The notes beneath the pieces are model-generated. The model was not told where the DNA came from. It was given only the letters and a program-made list of their open reading frames with translations, and did no database searches. The position numbers and the translations under genes are program-made. A stretch of DNA of 64,000 nt from a virus (lineage: Duplodnaviria; Caudoviricetes), in IMG/VR virus record IMGVR_UViG_3300033076_001139, positions 87,106 through 151,105 of that record. One strand, 5' to 3'. Below are positions 46,901-55,370 of this stretch, in pieces; the first letter of the stretch is position 1; each line of letters starts with the position of its first letter.

Positions 46901-47146
46901 AAGACTAAGGGCCTGCACCCGATTGAGTTCACTCATGTTCTGAAGAGCATGGAGCAGATCCCGCTCACTTATTCTGAGGACTTCCTTGCGCGTGCAAACT
47001 ACCGCAGGTTGAAGGACACGTTCACGGAAGCGGCGTCACAGGCGTGGTCCTCGGATATCCACGGGTCGCACGTTGCAGGATTGGCTCATGGCGCTGAGTA
47101 CGGTCTCAAGAAGCTCCAGCCCCCGGGACAGGCACCGCACGTATGA
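40946..47146 (+). CDS. Single-chain fused beta-beta' DNA-directed RNA polymerase (2066 aa)
   Basis: Beta motifs: 'TFEDSI', 'GDKLTGRYGNKG', 'GVPSRMNIGQ', 'KLHHQVDKKMTARS', 'GGQ..D....YALLAHGA'. Beta' motifs: 'LPVLPPTMRP', 'SGRSTI', 'R.PSLH', catalytic 'NADHDGD', bridge helix 'HGARKG..D.A..TA', 'VRSPLYC....C..CYG', trigger loop 'GEPMTQ..MKTFHTGG'. Confidence 0.97.
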   Translation: MPELNPESAFDEVKTRAAAAIRAQFPMAGTKHRLELENLEVEDNLHLDDIQSQYQKRVEGGTWAVPVKATFRLVDIATGKKLDEGVITVARIPKITRRYSYIVDGHERQHDSVFLLKPGVYHRVADNGEIQSKWAFQGKRGFDLNIDRATGRVNMSIGTATVPIYSVLKSLNMPDADIEKALGKAVFDANKAKTKPEDLLKIPKTFAKTNDEKKKLVGMTPADASAYVAKLFTDMKTTRPDGDQHNTLGLEFGHVTAPALLASAKRILDISRAHAEPDDRQTLAAKDITSTPDFVERFITRAQRDSTRKITAVIDRASKLSELPIRDLYTGTIANTFRAAQLPEQTNPLQFLSGHLRTTILGADFGGIKGGETIKTEDKLINASHLGFLDPIQTPESDSTGISLNLPIGARKKGKVLVTRVWDVKKGSFVEATPGMLERAVVAYPDQVSWKNGKPTPNGTTVTVFDADRRTAQRAWSDVQYVLPSSKGLFSFAANLVPFLSTNSGGRAMFAAKQMEQAISLKDREAPLVQTKTDADYTFDELVGTFGSHTAPTSGTVAKVDSSHVHIKGDDGKVKKVALYDHFPLNGGKTMLHSDTLVKAGDKVKKGQTIADTNYTRGGKLALGTNMRVGYMTYHGRTFEDSIVVSESAAKKLTSTHLHEMATELFAGMQTDKKRWISYSTPDKATAARVNKLGDDGVIKEGQRVEHGDVLIAVVAPARVDPRDEARTIARSLATPYDTRGSVYWEHDYPGVVAKVSRSGKSVKVFVRTEEPSTIGDKLTGRYGNKGIIGTILPDHEMPHDKEGKPLEVILGPAGVPSRMNIGQLLETAASKIARKTGKPYVVDNFSPGVDYTQKVMDELKQHNLSDTEELFDPKTKRSLGKILTGDQYLLKLHHQVDKKMTARSHGGAYDSNGEPPGGSGIPGGGQTLDQLTTYALLAHGASNILREAQTWKSDQTQSDVWVALQQNRPLPDPKPNKSMGKFINYMRAMGMHMEKKGDKYVLQPLTDEQTLKFSTGKLAAPSKLTTIKGDLKQVTARTIEDKGGLFDKKLTGGLQGNFWTHIDLHHRLPNPVFERAIQSLTGIDEKTYDKLVSAEGNEGGKLGTEVIVDALKKIDVDKELKDLQAQLPKLKAAPLDRAYRRIRYLQALKKTNIKPVDAYTMNHLPVLPPTMRPLMVNPDGTQTVDDLNLLYQNVGILNESLRKNVAEGVGKAAQQKQVADLYDSVKALRVGGMDIQQKSSKARHYRGLMELMEGTKGSYFQSSVVYRRQDLSGRSTIITAPELGLDEAGIPLPIAFEMYKPFVVKELHARHNYLPHEAKKMVDEKHPFAVEVLHRVVADRPVLLKRDPSLHKFSILAFTPRITEGKAIGLHPLVTTGFNADHDGDTMALYVPLGNEAVEDAKKMMPSNNLFSPTSGQIMAMPEKDLLIGLFQATKWGDKASVKIASAEEAYKLWTDGKVHEDQTFNLNGRETTVGRAIIAHFLPTDMQNDDKLLHDKSYRFDKGTLQTLLTKVAKEHKQDYARVVKSLQDFSVKAAYFNGSSFSLHDFHDAVKLRDDILGKYEAEEKKIRASKISDAEKDQKIIQLYAGAVDEIKKKGEAAYGGSKNKMYEWVAAKARGNWEQFRQMTFGPILVADAKNRPIPIPINKSYAEGLTTSQYWTSMHGARKGAIDRAAGTAEPGAMSKIIINTVIDHQITGEDCHTTKGVALSIDDRDVHDRYLAQPVHVSGGKDVPANTLLTSQVVQQLRAAKVAQVVVRSPLYCQMPKGTCAKCYGLNENGKHYNVGTNVGVIAGHTLGEPMTQMAMKTFHTGGTVSSSKGGGEYSADAFERVKQIFNVPAILPGAATISSIGGKITKIEEDKARGGHRVFVNDKEHRVLADRHLLDTTKVGTEVKAGQPLSHGAINPHDLLDATGNIHVVRNYLTNEALSAYANSGAKLRRRNVETVVKSMTNVVRIENAPDHHEYIRGQLAPFDQVEHLNREAKTKGLHPIEFTHVLKSMEQIPLTYSEDFLARANYRRLKDTFTEAASQAWSSDIHGSHVAGLAHGAEYGLKKLQPPGQAPHV

Positions 47147-48144
47147 ACGAGCCTACTAAGTCGGGATTACTACCAGTCACCGTCCAAGCCGGGCAGATCG
47201 TAAGGGTCTACCCGGATAGGATGACCTGCGACGTACAGGTTGAGATTGGTAAGAAAAACCTGTATCAAGATTGTCTGTTGCACACCGGGTATTTTAATTT
47301 CTCCGTAGGCTCCGGAATATTTGCCATGCCTGAGGAGGGAGCCCTTGTGTGGGTTGCTCGCGGTTCCGAGGGCAGTGATCGCCTCTTTGTTGTGGGCTAT
47401 CGAGGGGCCGTAGACCAGGCCGGCTCCTACGCAGGCAAGCTACGTCCCATGGCAAAAGGGGACCTGATGATGGTCTCTAAAAATAACAATGGCGTACGAG
47501 TTTACCGAGAAGGTTCGGTGGAAATCCGTGGCGTGTCGCCCCTGTGTTTCCTGTCTCTTGAGTCTTACCAACAGACTCTCCGTACCCACGCCAACAATTA
47601 CTATTTCCAGTCCCCCGGTGCGGAGATTGCGGTAACAACGCAAATGCCGGAAGAGGACCTGGATTACATAGAGTCCTGCCGGATTAAGACCAAGGTACGG
47701 GCATTTGCAGACGAAAAGTACGCCGCCGTCGAGACACACATGGGAGGGGCCCTCGAAGACCTCTTCGAGGAAGGCAATGAGCCCATTACCGTTGCGGAGC
47801 CGGTATTTCGTGCGCTAGTCCGGCAGAGCGGGGATTCCTCTACAACGGCATCTCAGGTACTGTTGGATCGCACCGGACGTATCGGAATTGAACCCAAAGA
47901 TGTACGCGTGAAGCTCCGTGATAACGGAAACGTGGTCATCTACCAGGACGATGAGAGCAAGGCGCAGCAGATGATCTTGGGGGATGACTTCATGGTCGAC
48001 CTGTACTTCGCGCTGGCTGAGGTACTTCTTGCGTTCAACACGCTGGGTATTCCCGCCGGCAATCTCAATACTCTTTTGGGAAAGATGGGTAACTCCATTA
48101 GCGACAGTGCCCCCTACCTTACCCCTAAGCTGAAAGTGGAGTAA
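47143..48144 (+). CDS. Putative baseplate hub/spike (gp5/GpV-like OB-fold) protein
   Basis: N-terminal 'GQIVRV......CDV...GIFAMPEEGALVWV' resembles the GpV/gp5 OB-fold, followed by beta-strand repeats. Coupled to the RNAP stop (ATGA). Confidence 0.55.
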   Translation: MNEPTKSGLLPVTVQAGQIVRVYPDRMTCDVQVEIGKKNLYQDCLLHTGYFNFSVGSGIFAMPEEGALVWVARGSEGSDRLFVVGYRGAVDQAGSYAGKLRPMAKGDLMMVSKNNNGVRVYREGSVEIRGVSPLCFLSLESYQQTLRTHANNYYFQSPGAEIAVTTQMPEEDLDYIESCRIKTKVRAFADEKYAAVETHMGGALEDLFEEGNEPITVAEPVFRALVRQSGDSSTTASQVLLDRTGRIGIEPKDVRVKLRDNGNVVIYQDDESKAQQMILGDDFMVDLYFALAEVLLAFNTLGIPAGNLNTLLGKMGNSISDSAPYLTPKLKVE

Positions 48145-48147
48145 CAG

Positions 48148-48498
48148 ATGGCCCTAAACTCTACTGAACTCGCGGAACTCATTCAGTCCAAGATCGTAGC
48201 CTTAAACCCGGAAGCCGCAGGACTAGACCGGTCCAACCTTGTGAACGCAATAGCAGCGGCTATTGTGGAGCACATCACAACAAAGGCGGAGGTACGCGTC
48301 CCAGTCGTAGGTCTTGATCTTGGGGCCTCTCTGTCGGCAGATTGGGGTTCACGGTTTACAAATCGGGGAGACGAAACCGTACCCGGCAGCCTAGTGCCGG
48401 ATATGGCTCTCCAGAACGAGAATGCTCCGACTCCGCTAACGCCTACCACTGCCCCTACGGTATCTACTATGATATCTACGCCGGGCTTCATAAACTAA
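48148..48498 (+). CDS. Hypothetical tail-tip-associated protein
   Basis: 'MALN...LA..I...........IA.AIV.HI...AEV' pattern, often found after spike genes. Confidence 0.45.
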   Translation: MALNSTELAELIQSKIVALNPEAAGLDRSNLVNAIAAAIVEHITTKAEVRVPVVGLDLGASLSADWGSRFTNRGDETVPGSLVPDMALQNENAPTPLTPTTAPTVSTMISTPGFIN

Positions 48499-48507
48499 CG
48501 TCTGCTC

Positions 48508-48516
48508 TGCTATCCT
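48508..48516 (+). promoter_or_regulatory. Putative extended -10 (TGcTATCCT)
   Basis: TGn-TAnnnT upstream of SD GAGG and ATG 48533. Confidence 0.45.
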
Positions 48517-48532
48517 TGCAGCCGAGGCGCAA

Positions 48533-50674
48533 ATGCTCCATACCCCCACGTCCCAGCCACTCTTCATCCGCCACAAGTCTGCGGCCGAGCTTCTTGAGAA
48601 GCAGGCAGCCGCCGTTGCTCGTATGCCGGATGATGACAAGCGTTGGCCCGCGCAGGTACTCAGCGAGATGCACAAGCAGCTCCCGTTCCTGTCGAAGTTT
48701 GACGTGGATATCGAGCTAACTCGTGTAGAGCCGGAGGCAGGGTACGCCCTGGGCTACGCGATGCTCCGCAACAAGACCGGCAAGCAGCGCGCTGCCGAGG
48801 AACTGGGAAAGCCGACGAACAAGATTCGCGTGCCAGTGATTGTTGCAGACCGCCTTCTTCAGCCGTTTCACGTGTTCGAGGTTGGCGGCAAAACCTACCC
48901 ACTCACGCAAGAGCGCGTTGAGTCGGCAATGATGAATCCGTCTATGTTTGACGGCATCTCCGATCCTCCGGGCACGCAGTCGCTGCTGGATCAGATCTAT
49001 CCGCCGTTCCAGCACCGTCAGGGCTACGGCATGATGAGCGGAGATCGTGCCACCGTGGGCCTCTCCAAGCTCAGCTCTGCGCCGCGCGTAACAAATACCG
49101 CGAGCGGGGAATCTGGCCCGCTCCGGGAGTTTCTTCGGCAACAAGAAATAGCAAAACTAGCAAATATTGTTACCACAGAGGCAAAGGCGGTCGCGGGGCC
49201 TTTGTCTAAGTTCTTATCTAAGAGGCCGCCTGCGTTTGTGCGCCCGCAAGGGATGGGGCCTGTACGGACAGCACCTGGCACGGCTGCCACAAGAACCACA
49301 ACTACGGCAGCTCGTCGTGTCCCGGCAGCGGAGACTACGCAAGCCCTACCAAGGACAGTACCGACGGCCGCTCCCCCAGTATCAATGGGGGGAGGTCTTC
49401 CTGTTCGTGCGGGACCCGGCGTGGGTCCCGCAGGCAGCCGCCCTGTGTCCACAAGTGGAGAGGCAACGCAAAGTCTTCGCTTTGATGAAACCCCTACTCG
49501 GATGCCTGATTTACCCAGAACGCACCCCAATCGTCTGGAAAACTGGCCCAGCGTGCACGACGCGGCACCTGCTCCTGCGACTTCCGGGCTAAAAGAAAAA
49601 ACTCAGGCCATAGTTGCCCAAGACGCTCCCCCCGCGGCAGGGGGAGGACCCTTAGAGATCCGCACAAGACAGCCCGATATGCTAGACCAACTTACTGCAA
49701 GAAGACGCGCAGCTGCCGGCACCACGGCACCCGCTCCAGCAGTGAGCACGCCGGTAGCCCGTGATCCTGCGCAGGTTCTTGCAGACCGTAGAGCCGTAGT
49801 CCAACGGGTCGAAGCCGCAAACGCAGGTTCTGCGCCCGGGGCTGCTCAATCCGCGCCACCTACCTCGCCCCCCGCAGCAGCTCCGGCCGGAATGAGCCGA
49901 GAAGAGATGCTTGCGCATGATTTCCACATGACCAGCCAGGGTATGCGTGGTGTGTCTCCCGAGCAGTACAAGCAGTACGAGGCTGCGGCCGCGGAAGCCA
50001 GCAACCGTACGGGCAAGCAGGTATCAGCGGCGGATATACACGCACACCTCAACCCCGCCCGTCCCGCCGCCGCCCCCAAGGCACCGAGCCAGGCAGAAAC
50101 GCTTGCACACGATAGCCTCGTACAGCACCACAAGCTTCATCCGCACACCTCCCCTGCGGACCTAAAAGACCTTCAGGAAGCGCAGAAGATAATAAAGAAA
50201 GAGACGGGTAAAGATGTTTCGTTGGGGCAGATCCAGCGCCGCGAGGTCGCCGGCGCCCCTGACGTACGTGCCGCAGAGCCCGCTACGCACGATCCAATGG
50301 GCGCACACGACTCACGCGCACGTGAGTACTACAACCTACAGCCAGAGGCTGTCCGAGGAATTGCCGCTGAGGCAGGAATCAGCAACGACTGGCTAGCAGC
50401 CTACGCTAAACAGCAAAACGCCACCCCCGGGCAGGCACTGCACCTGCTTGAGGGCCAGTTCCTTCAGGCACAAAGTGTAAATCCCAATCTGAAGTTCCCT
50501 GACTTCATGGCGGCACAGCAGGCGCGCGGCGGGCTGTTTGGGAATAAGTATTCTCCCACCGGAGCAGCCGGCGGAGGTTTCCTAGGGTCAGCTGCCGGCG
50601 GGGCCACGATGCTAGGTCTCGGTGCGCTTGGCGGCGGCATGATGATGGCTAACAAAGCCTCCGAAAACTACTGA
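48533..50674 (+). CDS. Head-region protein: globular N-terminus, long Ala/Pro-rich region, glycine-zipper C-terminus
   Basis: EKQAA, KLSS and KLAN motifs. C-terminal 'GAAGGGFLGSAAGGATMLGLGALGGG'. Confidence 0.65.
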   Translation: MLHTPTSQPLFIRHKSAAELLEKQAAAVARMPDDDKRWPAQVLSEMHKQLPFLSKFDVDIELTRVEPEAGYALGYAMLRNKTGKQRAAEELGKPTNKIRVPVIVADRLLQPFHVFEVGGKTYPLTQERVESAMMNPSMFDGISDPPGTQSLLDQIYPPFQHRQGYGMMSGDRATVGLSKLSSAPRVTNTASGESGPLREFLRQQEIAKLANIVTTEAKAVAGPLSKFLSKRPPAFVRPQGMGPVRTAPGTAATRTTTTAARRVPAAETTQALPRTVPTAAPPVSMGGGLPVRAGPGVGPAGSRPVSTSGEATQSLRFDETPTRMPDLPRTHPNRLENWPSVHDAAPAPATSGLKEKTQAIVAQDAPPAAGGGPLEIRTRQPDMLDQLTARRRAAAGTTAPAPAVSTPVARDPAQVLADRRAVVQRVEAANAGSAPGAAQSAPPTSPPAAAPAGMSREEMLAHDFHMTSQGMRGVSPEQYKQYEAAAAEASNRTGKQVSAADIHAHLNPARPAAAPKAPSQAETLAHDSLVQHHKLHPHTSPADLKDLQEAQKIIKKETGKDVSLGQIQRREVAGAPDVRAAEPATHDPMGAHDSRAREYYNLQPEAVRGIAAEAGISNDWLAAYAKQQNATPGQALHLLEGQFLQAQSVNPNLKFPDFMAAQQARGGLFGNKYSPTGAAGGGFLGSAAGGATMLGLGALGGGMMMANKASENY

Positions 50675-50682
50675 GGATCCAC

Positions 50683-52215
50683 ATGACACGTTCACTTTGC
50701 GCCGCGATTTCCGGCACGATCAACGCTGAGGACTTTGCCCGCTTTGAGAGCGTCATGGCCGATCCTCAGTGGAGACATGCTATCGAGAAGAACGCCTCGC
50801 TTCTCTACTACATGGGCAACCTCCTTGAGACGCCCCCCGTAGTTGCTGAGCAGGCCGCGAAGGAGGCGCAGGCTTTTGCTGCGCGCCAGCGGTACGACGT
50901 GATTCAGGTTCGCCCTGAGGCGGGAGGCTACGTCGTCAAGGTGTCTTCAGCTCCTGACAACATGCAGCCCGTTTCCATTTTCCTCACGGAGAAGCAGGCG
51001 GCAGAAGTTCTTCCTCCTGAGACAATGCAGGCGGCAGACCAGATGGGTGCCGCAACAATGACCGGCGTCGAAGCTGACGCAGATCCTCTTGTTGAGGCTG
51101 CCGCCCCAGTGCAGACATTTGGCCTGTACAAGGTCATGGAGAAGGGTTCGGGCAAGCAGATTGTCGGTTACGTCATCCCGCAGCTCATGGACATCATGAC
51201 GGGGCAGATGGTGCCGCAGGCCCTGTTTGTGAACGGCAGTCAGTACGCCATGCAGCAGGCAATAGTGGGCAGCCCGGTTGGAATTAACTTCAACCTGCCC
51301 GCTACTCCTAACATTCGTGGCCTTGGTGCTTTCTACAAATCTGACGGACGCTCAATTGTCGTCACGACGCCTGTAGAGATCATCTCCGAAGTCACCGTTG
51401 AGGGGCGCAAGTACTACGCAACCCGGCTCCAGAATGGGCAGGAAGTTCAGCTTGCACGCGTAGACAATCTCAAGAAGCCCGTGCAGATGAGCCCCGGCGA
51501 GATCGCAGTCCCCAAGGACTACGATTTCATGGTGCTTGACTCTCCCGTCCAGCTTGAGGACGGCGGCGCAGCGCAACAGGGCATGGCGCAGCCAGCAGCC
51601 CCCGGTCAGCCCCCTGCGCCGATGCAGGTTCCAATGAAAGAGGCACAGGCCTCCGCGTACCCGACGATGGTTGAGATCCGCGCGTGGGGAGACCTTAGCT
51701 GCGACCTTCGTGGTCCGGTATTCGACAAGATCGGCTCGGGCGTGCAGTCCTGGGCAGACGGCATCTTCCACCTTGCCGCAGCAGGGGTTCCGCAGAACCT
51801 TGCAACTGCGCTGCTTGAGAAGTCGGCCTCAGAGTCGCAGCCTGTTCGTCTTTACGGGCTGCACCCGCTCTCAACTCCAGTTGAGCGCGTAAAGACCGCA
51901 GCCGCAATGGCCGCCGTGAAGCTTGCAAACGTGAAGCTTCCGCCCAAGCAGTGTCTCCTCAAGGAGGCCGCTGCGCTTTCGGATGTCGCCTCGGTGGACT
52001 CGGTCCTCGCGTTGAACTTCATCAACCCCGAGAACCTTGAGACGTTCATCGAGTACATCCCGGAGCTTGAGGAGACTTCAACGAAGTTGGCAAACATTGT
52101 CCTAGCCTCGCAGATGGGTCTTCAGACAGTTCCGCAGCAAGCTGCTGTCCGCGCGATGTTTGCTATCGAAAATGTGGTTAGTGCTCTAAAGGATCTCCAG
52201 ACGCACAAGATTTAA
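50683..52215 (+). CDS. Hypothetical head-region protein with many K-x-A motifs
   Basis: EKNAS, KEAQA (twice), EKSAS, KTAA, KEAA. SD GAGG. Confidence 0.7.
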   Translation: MTRSLCAAISGTINAEDFARFESVMADPQWRHAIEKNASLLYYMGNLLETPPVVAEQAAKEAQAFAARQRYDVIQVRPEAGGYVVKVSSAPDNMQPVSIFLTEKQAAEVLPPETMQAADQMGAATMTGVEADADPLVEAAAPVQTFGLYKVMEKGSGKQIVGYVIPQLMDIMTGQMVPQALFVNGSQYAMQQAIVGSPVGINFNLPATPNIRGLGAFYKSDGRSIVVTTPVEIISEVTVEGRKYYATRLQNGQEVQLARVDNLKKPVQMSPGEIAVPKDYDFMVLDSPVQLEDGGAAQQGMAQPAAPGQPPAPMQVPMKEAQASAYPTMVEIRAWGDLSCDLRGPVFDKIGSGVQSWADGIFHLAAAGVPQNLATALLEKSASESQPVRLYGLHPLSTPVERVKTAAAMAAVKLANVKLPPKQCLLKEAAALSDVASVDSVLALNFINPENLETFIEYIPELEETSTKLANIVLASQMGLQTVPQQAAVRAMFAIENVVSALKDLQTHKI

Positions 52216-53093
52216 TGGCACGACACCCCGCAGAATACTTCGTAGCGTTCCTGTGTGCCTCGCTGGAGGACTCGCAGGAACGCACCATAAACAGCACGCT
52301 CCGCCTCCACGGCATCGCGCCGATTGAGAGAGCGGAGCTGTCGCGTATTCGTCAGGACTCCGTACCACCCGAAGGGTTCAAGGCCTGGGACCCTAATGAC
52401 GGCCCCAGCAAGCGGTGGCTAAAATCAAAAGCCATCTACTCCTTCATGCACCCCGATGAAACAACGCGGGAGATGAAGGCGCAGATTCTAGAGACGCCAG
52501 TAGTACGAGAAAAGGTAGACACTCTCCTGATCGGCCGTGTCTCTTCGTCCGAGGCAGCGTTCCGGCTCCAGAAGCTTGGTCACACGGTTTCTGCTGGCGC
52601 GATTGAGGAGTACCAGCATTACTTCTGGAACACCGAGATCATGGGCCTCTCGGACTGGGTAGCCTACTTCCAGAGTGATGCCGACCCTGACGACGGATCG
52701 GGGCGCACGCAGGGCCGTAAGTCCCCACTGAAGTCGTCACTGCTCGGCGGCCCCGACCTTGCCAAGTACAAGGCTGGCATCACGCAAGAGCTAGACGGAA
52801 AGAAGATCCTCGCCGAGCTTCAGCAGGAACTTTATTTCACGTTCCGGGAGATTAAGACCCTGCCGGTATCCGAGAAAAAGGTCGTTATGCTGTCTGCGGT
52901 TACACGCAGTCTTGCTCGACTTGACGAGCGCATCTCCTCCAGCGACCAGGCACTTCAGGACACGCTCAAGCGATTCGAGAAGTTCAAGGTCATCACGGAT
53001 ACGGCCAAGCCGCCGTCTTTGTTGCAGCTAGCTCCACAGGGAACAATCAGTTCCCGGTCGAAAACCGAAATTCAGATTTCAAGAGAGAAGTAA
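52215..53093 (+). CDS. Hypothetical protein
   Basis: 292-aa coupled ORF (TAATG overlaps at both ends) with a helical C-terminus. Confidence 0.7.
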   Translation: MARHPAEYFVAFLCASLEDSQERTINSTLRLHGIAPIERAELSRIRQDSVPPEGFKAWDPNDGPSKRWLKSKAIYSFMHPDETTREMKAQILETPVVREKVDTLLIGRVSSSEAAFRLQKLGHTVSAGAIEEYQHYFWNTEIMGLSDWVAYFQSDADPDDGSGRTQGRKSPLKSSLLGGPDLAKYKAGITQELDGKKILAELQQELYFTFREIKTLPVSEKKVVMLSAVTRSLARLDERISSSDQALQDTLKRFEKFKVITDTAKPPSLLQLAPQGTISSRSKTEIQISREK

Positions 53094-53488
53094 TGATCAC
53101 CGCCGACGTCGTGAAGATGGTTCAGCAGTTCAACAAAGAGCTGCAAAAGTCCGCACAGTTCGGAATTCAGCTTCCCGAGACTTCTGAGTTCCAGGGTAAG
53201 CGTCTGTCGTGTCGCATGGTTCGCAAGGGCAACGACATCATCTTCCAGCTCTTTGCTCCGAAGTTTCCTACAGACTTCTCTGCGCTGCTCGCCGAGGTAG
53301 TTGAGTCACACTTTGGAAATACGGCCGACTTCAAGCTCGACCACGTAGCAGAGCTAAATAGTTATGCCCTTCTGGCAAAGGGTATTCTTGATCGCCCGAC
53401 AGTTCGGGTAGACTACGTCACCACCGACTTTCTCAATCTCCTCGACGAGGTGCTAAACTCGCCGGAGATTAAAGGGCAGGCCCGATGA
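53093..53488 (+). CDS. Hypothetical protein with F..EL.K.A leader
   Basis: 'QQFNKELQKSAQF'. Confidence 0.65.
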   Translation: MITADVVKMVQQFNKELQKSAQFGIQLPETSEFQGKRLSCRMVRKGNDIIFQLFAPKFPTDFSALLAEVVESHFGNTADFKLDHVAELNSYALLAKGILDRPTVRVDYVTTDFLNLLDEVLNSPEIKGQAR

Positions 53489-54303
53489 TTCGCTCTACTT
53501 CATTCCGTACTGAAATCGAGATGACGCGCTGGATGAACGCGCAGGGCCTCGACATTGCGGACATCTATGTTCTTTGGATGAACGCCTCAAACTTTTGGAC
53601 GGTGTTCTACGAGGACGGACTAGGGCGCGACATTATTGATACAACTGACGGGCCTGCGGGGACTGCGTACGGTACAGCTACAGGTGTAGGTACCGGAGGC
53701 ACGACGGTTCAGGTGCGCGCACTTCGAGTTGCGGTGCCAACGGAGGCGGCCGGTACGCCCGACCTCGCCACCGGCACACTCGGAGGAACCGTCTCGTACA
53801 CGTACGTCATCCCTGACTCATTCTCTATCTCTGATCCGGGTGGTGTCGGCTTTTCTGTGAAGGACGACGGCTTTGGGTTCCTTGTAAGTGCAGAGACTGG
53901 ACAGCAGGTCGGCGTTATTGACTACGCTACTGGCAACTTCAACGTGAAGTGGCCTTTTGGCAAGATCCCGCAGGGCGCTGTCAACGCAACGTACACCTAC
54001 TCAGCCTTGCCCGACTCGGACAATGTCCCTGTCCGTGCTCGCCTAAGCAACTTAGCAATCAAGATGACTTCTGGCACCGCTGCTACAGTTGCGTGGGCTA
54101 TCTACAACGAGTCTGCAAAGGCGCGTCCACCTGCCGCCACAGGGACAATTACCCTGTCTAACGGGGTCGGCGCCGCAAACCTCCTAATGACCCTGTCCAA
54201 CGTCCTAGATCTCACTACACGCGATAGTCGCTGGGTAGAGCTGATCCCAAACACAGGTACAAATAATTTTGAGGTCGTTTTAACGTGGGAACGCGTCCTG
54301 TGA
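53485..54303 (+). CDS. Putative virion structural protein
   Basis: 'DDGFG.L.......GVIDYATG.....' motif seen in baseplate/tail domains. Thr/Gly rich. Confidence 0.55.
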   Translation: MIRSTSFRTEIEMTRWMNAQGLDIADIYVLWMNASNFWTVFYEDGLGRDIIDTTDGPAGTAYGTATGVGTGGTTVQVRALRVAVPTEAAGTPDLATGTLGGTVSYTYVIPDSFSISDPGGVGFSVKDDGFGFLVSAETGQQVGVIDYATGNFNVKWPFGKIPQGAVNATYTYSALPDSDNVPVRARLSNLAIKMTSGTAATVAWAIYNESAKARPPAATGTITLSNGVGAANLLMTLSNVLDLTTRDSRWVELIPNTGTNNFEVVLTWERVL

Positions 54304-54467
54304 TCTCACAAGCCGTACTTCGCGCGTTTGGCGAAGAGCTAAAAAAGGTAGCGGCAATGGCTCCGCTACCTCCTACTAAGCCGACGTTTAACGTCGCAGC
54401 TACGCAAGCCCCGAAGGCGTCTACGGCGGCGCAGCCTGTAAAGGCCGCGATCCCGTCAGTCTCCTAG
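54300..54467 (+). CDS. 55-aa peptide consisting largely of an AF..EL.K.A leader
   Basis: GTG 54300 overlaps the upstream TGA. MISQAVLRAFGEELKKVAAMAPLPP..., nearly identical to the leader of 37038. Confidence 0.6.
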   Translation: MISQAVLRAFGEELKKVAAMAPLPPTKPTFNVAATQAPKASTAAQPVKAAIPSVS

Positions 54468-55060
54468 GCCGCTTTTCGTAACGCTGTATGGGCTGCCTTC
54501 TCTCGATGTAGAGGAGATAGCCCATACTTATTTAGTGCCTCTACATGCTCCTTGGTGCCGTATCCCCTGTTGCTATCCCACTTGTAAGTTGGGTACTGCT
54601 TCGCAAGGTCATCCATTTCTAGGTCTCGGTAGACCTTGGCAATGATAGATGCTGCGGCACACAGGAAGTTATTTGCGTCCATCTTTGGTGCAATTCTCTG
54701 CGGCCCGGGGTAGCCGTCTACGCCAAAATCCCCGTCAACGAGTAGCAACTTAGGACGCTGAAATAGGGTTGCTTCACGTACAGCCCGTTTGTAGGAGAGC
54801 TGTAGTGCGGCGGTGTGGCCGAGCAAGTTGATTTCCTCTACAGAGGCCTCGCCCACTCCGACAATTCCGCCTTGGCTGTGTACGAACCGTAGGATGCTTT
54901 CGACTGACCGAGCCCGCTGAAGGGCCGTGGTCTTCTTTGAGTCCTTGACCTCTGGCATAGGCCACGCGTCGAGGACCATTTCCATCTGCACGGCAACAGA
55001 CACAATCGGACCGGCCAGACAGCCAGTACCGACCTCATCGAGACCGCAGTAGATGTTCAC
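54464..55060 (-). CDS. rnhB: Ribonuclease HII
   Basis: 'GLDEVG.G.LAGP', 'VKDSK', 'LVDG', 'AAASIIAKV.RD', 'GYGT..H......G..PLHR'. Start moved to GTG 55060 (SD GGAGG). Confidence 0.92.
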   Translation of the reverse strand: MNIYCGLDEVGTGCLAGPIVSVAVQMEMVLDAWPMPEVKDSKKTTALQRARSVESILRFVHSQGGIVGVGEASVEEINLLGHTAALQLSYKRAVREATLFQRPKLLLVDGDFGVDGYPGPQRIAPKMDANNFLCAAASIIAKVYRDLEMDDLAKQYPTYKWDSNRGYGTKEHVEALNKYGLSPLHREKAAHTALRKAA

Positions 55061-55370
55061 GTTCTCCCTCCACGAAGGGGTTGTTGTTAAGCACTGGACC
55101 AATCCCCTTTACGAAAATCAGGGCAGTAAAATCATAGCCCTGCCAGCGCGATTTACGGTAAGAAGCGTCGTTCACTTCCGCCCACTGACGGAGGAGGTCA
55201 CGGATAATCCGCGCCTCCTCCGCCTTCATGGGCCGTTTCGACCGGAGAAGCAGACCCCATTTGAGGGGGTCTGCCTGATCCGGCTGAAGATCCCACCCGA
55301 GCAAGCCATCGAGGAGAGCACGGTTAGTGCTCTCCGCAAATGACTTGACCCAGGTGAGACTCTTGATCAT
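55035..55370 (-). CDS. Hypothetical protein
   Basis: Coupled ORF upstream of rnhB. Confidence 0.6.
   Translation of the reverse strand: MIKSLTWVKSFAESTNRALLDGLLGWDLQPDQADPLKWGLLLRSKRPMKAEEARIIRDLLRQWAEVNDASYRKSRWQGYDFTALIFVKGIGPVLNNNPFVEGEREHLLRSR

Noticed and set aside
40946-47146. Host rpoBC locus, or an intein/intron-containing gene
   Set aside because: No ribosomal-protein neighbours, far too divergent and compact for a cellular enzyme, and flanked by phage genes. No intein termini or LAGLIDADG motifs noticed.
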